From assembly GCF_000189295.2 (NCBI RefSeq), contig NC_016803.1, positions 2,340,001 to 2,372,000 on the forward strand: a stretch of 32,000 bases of DNA, given 5' to 3'. The notes beneath the pieces are model-generated. The model did not search any database and was not told the origin of the DNA. It saw only the letters and a list, made by a program, of their open reading frames with translations. Both the position numbers and the translations under genes were made by a program. Positions within the stretch are counted from its first letter, which is position 1. Every line of letters begins with the position of its first letter. This DNA comes from Pseudodesulfovibrio mercurii. GTDB taxonomy: Bacteria > Desulfobacterota > Desulfovibrionia > Desulfovibrionales > Desulfovibrionaceae. Positions 26,445 to 32,000 of this stretch are shown piece after piece.

Positions 26445-27202
26445 GCCCCGTGGACAGCCGGGCGATCCTCGAGCGGCGCGCCTATTTCCCGCGCGGCCTG
26501 GTCCAGCCCGGGGGCGGCTACCGCTTCTCCCTGGACTCCCTGCTCCTGGCCGCCTTCGCCAACGTCACGCGCGGCCAGACCGGCCTGGACCTGGGCTGCG
26601 GCTGCGGGGTGGTGGCCCTGGGACTGCTCCTTCGTCAGCCAGGACTGCGCCTCGCCGGGGTGGAGCTGAACCCGCTGTCCGTCAGGGCCGCCGAGGAAAA
26701 CGCGGCCAGCCTGCACTTTTCCGACAAGTTATCGATAATCCAGGGCGACGTGGCCGACTGGCAGCCCGACGGGGTGGTGGATTTCGTGGTGGCCAACCCA
26801 CCCTACCGCAAGCTCGGCAAGGGGCGGCCAAGCGCGGACGAGGAACGGAGGGCCGCCCGGTTCGAAGCGACCGGGACCTTCGCCGCCTTTGCCCGGTGCG
26901 CGGCCCTGGCCCTGAAGACGCGGGGCCGGTTCACCTTCGTGCACCTGCCCGAGCGGCTGGCCGAACTCCTGGCCGACCTGGCCGGGGCCGGGCTGACCCC
27001 CAAGCGGATGCGCCTGGTCCACGGCAAGCCGGACCAGGAGGCGCGCATGATCCTGGTGGAGGCGGTCAAGGCGGCCGCCCAGGGGTTGCGGGTGGAGCCG
27101 CCCCTGATCCTGCATGAAGGGGAGGGCAAGGGGACCCGCCTGAGCGGCCAGGCCCTCGAATTCTGCCCGTTCCTGGCCTGCAACCCCAAAGAAGGTGAGT
27201 AG
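26441..27202 (+). CDS. SAM-dependent N6-adenine methyltransferase, TrmN6/YfiC-like (methyltransferase small domain, NPPY motif)
   Basis: Motif I is LDLGCGCGVV and motif IV is VVANPPY, in that order. Size is about 253 aa. Its ATG overlaps the murJ stop (ATGA). Confidence 0.75.
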   Translation: MSPVDSRAILERRAYFPRGLVQPGGGYRFSLDSLLLAAFANVTRGQTGLDLGCGCGVVALGLLLRQPGLRLAGVELNPLSVRAAEENAASLHFSDKLSIIQGDVADWQPDGVVDFVVANPPYRKLGKGRPSADEERRAARFEATGTFAAFARCAALALKTRGRFTFVHLPERLAELLADLAGAGLTPKRMRLVHGKPDQEARMILVEAVKAAAQGLRVEPPLILHEGEGKGTRLSGQALEFCPFLACNPKEGE

Positions 27203-28108
27203 ATGGCGAACGATTTCGTGAAAAACCGGCTCCTGGAGCTGTTCGGCGACCGGAAATTCCTGTGCGCGGAGTCCGTGCTCCAGGTCGTGGCCGAGGCCGG
27301 GGGCCGGGAATGCCGGGACGCGGTCCGCGCGGCCACGGGCTTTTGCAGCGGCGTGTCGCGCTCGCGCGGCCAGTGCGGGGCCGTGTCCGGGGCGATCATG
27401 GGCCTGGGGCTGTACGCCGGGCGCGGCGAGCCGGGCGAGGACCACGAGTCCTGCTACGCCCTGGTCCAGGAGCTGCTCTCGCGGTTCGAGGACCGCTACG
27501 GGTCCACCAACTGCTTCGAGCTGATCCAGTGCGACTTCGCCGACCCGGACGACCAGGCGCGCTACCGCCGGGAGAACCTGCGCCTGGAGTGCTACCGCAT
27601 GGCCGTGTTCGCGGCCGAGACCGCCCTTTCCATTCTCCGGGAACACGGCTACCTTCCGGACGAGGCCGACTTCGTCAAATCGAGGCTGGCCCCGTGCGGT
27701 CTGGTCTGCGGCACCTGCGCGGCCTTTGCCCATGGTCCCATACAACGGGCCGCCGGGGAGCTGCGCGACCGGCTCGGGCCGAACTTCGCGGCCTACGCCG
27801 AGCGGTTCGCGGCCATGAACCCGGCCTTTGCCGGATACCCGGACTTCGCCGCGCTGCTCGACTTCCTGGCCGAGGGGTCGTGCACCGGGTGCCGGGAGCA
27901 GGGCTGCCTGTTCCAGGCCTGCAAGGTGGCCGACTGCGCCGGGGCGCACGGCGTGGACTACTGTTTCCAGTGCGCGAGCTTCCCCTGCGACGAACACGGC
28001 CTGCCGGACCGGCTGGCCGCCATCTGGCGGAAGAACAACGAGCGGATGCGCGAGAGCGGCCCGGCGGCATGGTATCGGAAACTCAAGGATAAGCCGAGAT
28101 ATCCATAA
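27203..28108 (+). CDS. Cys-rich fusion protein: C_GCAxxG_C_C-like N-terminal domain plus DUF3795-like C-terminal Cys cluster domain
   Basis: The N-terminal half has FLCAESVL ... GQCGAVSGAIMGLG ... STNCFELI ... LECYRM. The C-terminal half has CGLVCGTCAAF ... CTGCREQGCLFQACKVADCA ... YCFQCASFPCDE. The ATG directly follows the upstream TAG. Confidence 0.6.
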   Translation: MANDFVKNRLLELFGDRKFLCAESVLQVVAEAGGRECRDAVRAATGFCSGVSRSRGQCGAVSGAIMGLGLYAGRGEPGEDHESCYALVQELLSRFEDRYGSTNCFELIQCDFADPDDQARYRRENLRLECYRMAVFAAETALSILREHGYLPDEADFVKSRLAPCGLVCGTCAAFAHGPIQRAAGELRDRLGPNFAAYAERFAAMNPAFAGYPDFAALLDFLAEGSCTGCREQGCLFQACKVADCAGAHGVDYCFQCASFPCDEHGLPDRLAAIWRKNNERMRESGPAAWYRKLKDKPRYP

Positions 28109-28111
28109 GCA

Positions 28112-29470
28112 ATGATTACCAAGATCACTATCGATAACTTCATGGCCCACGAGCACACCGAGCTGACGCTCGGGCCGGGCGTGACCATCCTGACCGGCGC
28201 GAACAACACCGGCAAGTCCGCCGTGGTCGAGGCCTTGCGCTGCCTGGCCACCAACCCGGCGCGCAGCCCCAACCCGGCCCTGTACATCCGCCACGGGGCC
28301 AAGGAGGCGCGCGTGGAGGTGGAGGTGGACGACGGCACGCGCGTGGCCTGGGTGCGCACCAAGCGCTGGGCCAAGTACGAGCTGTGGACGCCGGGGGCCG
28401 AGGAGCCCGAGGAGTACCACAAGCTCCAGGGGCGCGTGCCCGAGGACGTGGCCAGGGCCCTGCGCCTGGACCAGGTGGAGCTCGAGACGCGCCGGGAGGC
28501 CGTGGACGTGCACCTCGGCAACCAGCGCGACCCGGTCTTCCTGCTCAACCAGCCCGACTCGGTCATGGCCGAATTTTTCGCCGCCTCCACGGAATCCGCC
28601 CACCTGCTGGCCATGCAGAACGCCCTCAAGATGCGCGTGCGCGACGCCAAACGCGAGGAGCGCGACCTGGCCGACCAGGCCGGACGCGCGGCCGGGGACC
28701 TGGACCGCCTCGCCGCCCTGCCGGACATCGCCCTGCGCATGGAAATGGCCGAGACCCTGGAGGCCGACGCCGTGCGGTTGGAACAGCAGATTCCGGCCCT
28801 GGAAACGGCCCTGGCCGAATACCGCAACCTGACCCGCGCCCTGACCCGCGAACAGGCGGCAGGCGAGGCCCTCAAGGGGACCCAGCCCCCGCCGCCGGTC
28901 CTGGACGTGGCCCGCCTGAAGCGGCACATCGCGGCCATGGAAGCGGTCAACGCCGACCTGGGCCGGGCCGAACGCACCGCCGGACCCCTGGCCGGGCTCC
29001 ATGCCCCGTCGCCCCTGGCCGACGCCGCGCCCCTGCGCCGCCTGCTCGACGAGCTCGCCGCCACCCGCAACGGGTTGCGCCGGGACACGGACCAGCTGAC
29101 GGTCCTGGCCCGGCTGGCCGGTCCGCCCGCCCCGGCCGAGACCGCCCGGCTGACCCGCACGGTGGACGAGCTGCTCATCCTGCGCGCCCGGTCCGCCCGG
29201 CTGGCCCGCTTGGAGACCACCTTGGAGAAGGTTGCGGAACCGCCCCGGCCAGAGCCCCTGGGCGGGCTGACCGATATGGTCACGCAACTCGCCGGACTGA
29301 CGACACAAATTTTCAAGCGACAGGCCGAACTGGACGGTCTGGACGCGGACTTGCGGTCCGTTGTGGACGGACTGGACGAGCGCATCCGCGCCATCGGCTG
29401 CTGCCCGGTCTGCGGCGGCGACCTGACCACCGACTCCTTCCTGGACCACGGGTGCCGCCATGGCGCTTGA
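28112..29470 (+). CDS. Rad50/SbcC/RecF-type ATPase, N-terminal head half with long helical region and C-terminal CxxC..HxCxH knuckle
   Basis: The sequence ITKITIDNFMAHEHTELTLGPGVTILTGANNTGKSAVVEAL has the SMC_N/AAA_23-type Walker A. About 270 aa of helical, Pro-interrupted coiled-coil-like sequence follows. It ends in CCPVCGGDLTTDSFLDHGCRHGA. I see no signature or Walker B motif in this chain. Confidence 0.8.
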   Translation: MITKITIDNFMAHEHTELTLGPGVTILTGANNTGKSAVVEALRCLATNPARSPNPALYIRHGAKEARVEVEVDDGTRVAWVRTKRWAKYELWTPGAEEPEEYHKLQGRVPEDVARALRLDQVELETRREAVDVHLGNQRDPVFLLNQPDSVMAEFFAASTESAHLLAMQNALKMRVRDAKREERDLADQAGRAAGDLDRLAALPDIALRMEMAETLEADAVRLEQQIPALETALAEYRNLTRALTREQAAGEALKGTQPPPPVLDVARLKRHIAAMEAVNADLGRAERTAGPLAGLHAPSPLADAAPLRRLLDELAATRNGLRRDTDQLTVLARLAGPPAPAETARLTRTVDELLILRARSARLARLETTLEKVAEPPRPEPLGGLTDMVTQLAGLTTQIFKRQAELDGLDADLRSVVDGLDERIRAIGCCPVCGGDLTTDSFLDHGCRHGA

Positions 29471-30419
29471 GCACATCCGCGCCAACGGCCTGTTCCTGGT
29501 GGCCGACCCGCACCTGGCCGACAACCCGCCGGGCCAGCGGCTGGAAGGGTACCTGGACCAGATTCTGGCCAAGCTCACCGCCTGCCTGAACCGGGCCGAC
29601 GAGCTGGGCATGGCCTTCGTCCTGCTCGGCGACCTGTTCCACTGGCCGCGCGACAACTCCAACCGCATGCTCGTGGAGCTGATTCGCCTGTTCGGCGGCC
29701 GCACCGGCGACAAAACCGTGTTCGCCCTGGTGGGCAACCACGACAAGTACCAGTCGCGCTTCACCGACGACGTGTCCCTGGCCGTGCTCGAAAGCGCGGG
29801 CGTGGTCCGGCTCATGAAGGAGGAGGGCCCGCAGTTCGTCCTGGACACCCCGGACGGCCCGGCCCTGGTCTGCGCCAGCCCGGACGGCGCGCCCCTGCCC
29901 GCCCGCCACGACCATGCGGAAGGCGACCCGGACACGGTCATCTGGCTGACCCACCACAACATCCGCTTCCCGGAGTTCATCGAGCGGGCCTACTCCATCA
30001 AGGAGCTGCCCGGCATCGACTGGCTGATCAACGGCCACATCCACCGCCCCCAGCCAACCGTGACCAAGGGCCAAACCACCTGGGCCAACCCCGGCAACAT
30101 CACCCGGCTGACCTTCTCCCGCCGGTCCATGGTCCGTCAGCCCGCCGCCGCCGTCTGGACGCCCGGCTGCGCCGAGCTTGAACCGTGGGTGGTCCCGCAC
30201 CTGCCCTTCGACCAGGTCTTCCCGGACCAGGAACTCCCGCCCGAGGAGCAGGAGACCGAAGGCGAATCCAATTTCATCAAGGGTCTGGAACGGCTCGCCT
30301 GGCAACGCACCCACGAGGGCACGGGCCTCAGGCAGTTCCTGACCGAAAACCTGAGCAGCGAAACCCCGGAAGGCAAACTCATCTGGGAACTCTACGAGGA
30401 GGTCATACACGGTGAATAA
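29460..30419 (+). CDS. Mre11/SbcD-like calcineurin-type metallophosphoesterase
   Basis: All phosphoesterase motifs are present in order: ADPHL, LLGDLFH, LVGNHD, LTHH, NGHIHR. Its start overlaps the upstream gene by 11 nt. Confidence 0.85.
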   Translation: MALEHIRANGLFLVADPHLADNPPGQRLEGYLDQILAKLTACLNRADELGMAFVLLGDLFHWPRDNSNRMLVELIRLFGGRTGDKTVFALVGNHDKYQSRFTDDVSLAVLESAGVVRLMKEEGPQFVLDTPDGPALVCASPDGAPLPARHDHAEGDPDTVIWLTHHNIRFPEFIERAYSIKELPGIDWLINGHIHRPQPTVTKGQTTWANPGNITRLTFSRRSMVRQPAAAVWTPGCAELEPWVVPHLPFDQVFPDQELPPEEQETEGESNFIKGLERLAWQRTHEGTGLRQFLTENLSSETPEGKLIWELYEEVIHGE

Positions 30420-30732
30420 CAACCCCAACCAAACAGGGACGAACCGCGACGCCCAGGTGGAACAGGAGCTGGACGCCCTGCGCCGCCAATACGAACAGCT
30501 GCGCGACCGCAAGGTGCGCACCGAAGAGGCCGTGGCCCAGCTGACCCACCAGCTCGAAACCCTCAAGACCCAGGCCGAGGCCGAGTACGGGACCAGCGAC
30601 CTCAAGGAACTGCAACGGCTTCTCGAAGAGAAACGGCAGCAAAACGAGGAAGTTGTGGCTAAGTACCGCGAACATATCCAACAGGTGCGGGCCGACCTCG
30701 CCCAGGTGGAAAACGCGGTGGAGGGCGACTAG
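30412..30732 (+). CDS. small coiled-coil protein (106 aa)
   Basis: The composition is heptad-like and charged (EQELDALRRQYEQLRDRKVRTEEAVAQLTHQLETLKTQAEAEY...). The GTG start overlaps the upstream gene by 8 nt. An alternative internal GTG start is possible. It ends in a TAG that is in frame with the next gene and directly abuts it. Confidence 0.6.
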   Translation: MNNNPNQTGTNRDAQVEQELDALRRQYEQLRDRKVRTEEAVAQLTHQLETLKTQAEAEYGTSDLKELQRLLEEKRQQNEEVVAKYREHIQQVRADLAQVENAVEGD

Positions 30733-31398
30733 ATGGCCCCGGCCAACGAACTGGACGAACTGCGCCGCGAACGCCGCCGGGCCGAGGGCAGGCTGCACCG
30801 CCTGTCCGCCCTGGGCGAGCAGTGGCACGCCGAGCACGGCCGCGTACGCCGCAAGCTCGCCGAGGTGCGCGCGTTCCTGGACCTCGCCCCCAGGGCGAGC
30901 GACACCCTCGAGGAGCTGTCCACCGCCCTGTTCGGCCGCATCCTCGACGAGGTGGAGGCCAACCTGACCCACGCCATCCGCGAGATCCTGGGCCAGGACC
31001 GGGTGGTCGTCACCGAGCGCGAGGTCAAGAACAACCGTCTCCAAATCCACTTTCTCATCCGCAACCAGGGCCGCGAGGACGAGGTCGAGGACATCATGAC
31101 CGGCCAGGGCGGCTCGGTCTGCAACATCCTGTCCGTGGGCCTTCGGCTCATCGCCCTGTCCCAGCTGCCCGAGGCCGCCCACCGCCCCTTCCTCGTGCTC
31201 GACGAACAGGACTGCTGGCTCAAGCCCGGCCTGATCCCCAAATTCATGAAGCTCATTCAGGAGATCGCCGCCCGCCTGGACATCCAGCTCCTGGTCATCA
31301 GCCACCACCCCCTCGACCTCTTCGCCGGGTCCGCCGACCGCATCTACGCCCTCACCCCGGACCGCGAGCACGGCGCAACCGTCAAACAGGTCAAATAA
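30733..31398 (+). CDS. Rad50/SbcC-type ATPase, C-terminal head half (SbcCD_C-like: signature, Walker B, H-loop)
   Basis: The N-terminal coiled coil spans about 75 aa. It is followed by TGQGGSVCNILSVGLRLIAL (signature-like), PFLVLDEQD (Walker B/D-loop) and LLVISHHP (H-loop). I see no Walker A in this chain. Confidence 0.8.
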   Translation: MAPANELDELRRERRRAEGRLHRLSALGEQWHAEHGRVRRKLAEVRAFLDLAPRASDTLEELSTALFGRILDEVEANLTHAIREILGQDRVVVTEREVKNNRLQIHFLIRNQGREDEVEDIMTGQGGSVCNILSVGLRLIALSQLPEAAHRPFLVLDEQDCWLKPGLIPKFMKLIQEIAARLDIQLLVISHHPLDLFAGSADRIYALTPDREHGATVKQVK

Positions 31399-31413
31399 CC
31401 CGCCCCGCCCCGT

Positions 31414-31439
31414 AAATCCGGCCCCTCCACACCGGATTT
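31414..31439 (+). terminator. weak terminator-like hairpin after the last gene of the module
   Basis: AAATCCGG-cccctccaca-CCGGATTT forms an 8-bp stem. No proper U-run follows it. Confidence 0.3.
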
Positions 31440-31752
31440 CGCCCCCCGACCCCTGGACAAAGCCGCCGGGATGCTTACTTCTATAGTGCCAAAGATGGCC
31501 ATAAGGGATTTGCCCGCAAGGGATCGGCCCCATGACATATATGGCAGGAACCGTAACGGAGGGTGATGTGGATTGATCCTCGCAAAAACCATAAAACAGC
31601 GAACCGAGTCGCGCTCCCGCAAAGCATAGTGTGCGCATGGACCCCCGAGGCAATCAACGCCAGGGACCACCGGGTAATCCGGCCAGCGCACTTTTTTTGT
31701 GCCCTTTTTCCAGTGACGCGGACGGCTGGCGGGGCTGGATGGGAGGAGCGGG

Positions 31753-32000
31753 GAATGCCTCCGGCGGCCCCTTCGGGGAGAGCCCTCGCCGGGCGGCGCC
31801 TCCGGCGGGCAGGGCGCTGCCCTGCACCCGCTCAAGGCCGAGGGCCTTGAGAATCCCATTGCCTCGCTTGCGCTCGGGGTGCGTGCGGCGGAAGGCTTGG
31901 CAAGGGACGCCTTCCGCCGTGCCGGTGTGCGGTTTCGCACAGAAAAAACGGATGAAACGGCGTGCTTCTTAACGAAAAGAAGCACGCCGTTTTTTCTGCC
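31753..32000 (+). repeat. composite hairpin-rich intergenic element, copy E (forward, truncated by the window end)
   Basis: It starts with GAATGCCTCCGGCGGCCCC and is collinear with the left halves of copies A and C. The nested hairpin begins at 31929 and runs off the window. Confidence 0.8.

Noticed and set aside
27200-30735. TAG read as a sense codon (pyrrolysine or suppression) to fuse the methyltransferase with the Cys-rich protein, and C with D, as a genome-wide feature.
   Set aside because: TAG clearly terminates several well-defined genes in this window (ORF1, the MCP, mobA). The methyltransferase and C_GCAxxG domains are independent families. Only the C-D junction is kept as a locus-specific question.
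31440-31752. A possible gene, tRNA or attachment site in the lower-GC stretch after the module.
   Set aside because: No ORF has coding-like composition, and no tRNA-like cloverleaf or T-loop motif could be found by eye. Only short direct AAGGGAT repeats are present. There is not enough evidence to call a feature.
9722-32000. Whether the recurring intergenic repeats could be a CRISPR array.
   Set aside because: Copies are 5-8 kb apart, about 600 bp long and internally palindromic. They are separated by ordinary genes rather than short spacers, and no cas genes are present.

Overview
This is a high-GC window with GC3-rich codons and dense coding. Gene content looks like a Desulfovibrionaceae-type sulfate reducer, but that taxonomic guess is inference only. 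I support 28 protein-coding genes. By eye I found no rRNA, tRNA, CRISPR array, transposase or integrase. Most long ORFs in the six-frame track are antisense or out-of-frame shadows typical of high-GC DNA. Genes in order: a 5'-truncated DAC (DisA_N)-like protein and a small 2-TM protein; a double-Cache MCP with an extra C-terminal Cache/PAS-like domain; a soluble GGEEL diguanylate cyclase followed by a membrane-anchored periplasmic-binding-protein-like gene; an alpha/beta hydrolase, DUF2784 and small-protein operon; mobA; cheR plus an HDOD protein; ilvN-like, ptb and buk; a short PPase-like gene; a DASS/SLC13 permease plus a tandem Usp; an RND permease plus MFP adaptor; and mutM. The window ends with a run of seven abutting or overlapping genes: murJ, an NPPY methyltransferase, a C_GCAxxG/DUF3795 Cys-rich protein, and a four-gene module. 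Two things stand out. (1) At 28112-31398 a Rad50/SbcC-like ATPase appears split into separate polypeptides. The N-terminal head half carries a coiled region ending in a CxxC..HxCxH knuckle. A small coiled-coil protein and a C-terminal head half follow, and an Mre11/SbcD-like metallophosphoesterase gene sits between the halves. This is my best candidate for an undescribed nuclease-ATPase system for DNA repair or defence. (2) A modular, hairpin-rich element of about 580-640 bp with terminal inverted repeats (MITE/REP-like) occupies five intergenic sites, roughly 6-7% of the window. Two inverted, near-identical copies bracket the RND efflux operon. All functional calls come from motif recognition by eye; no searches were run.
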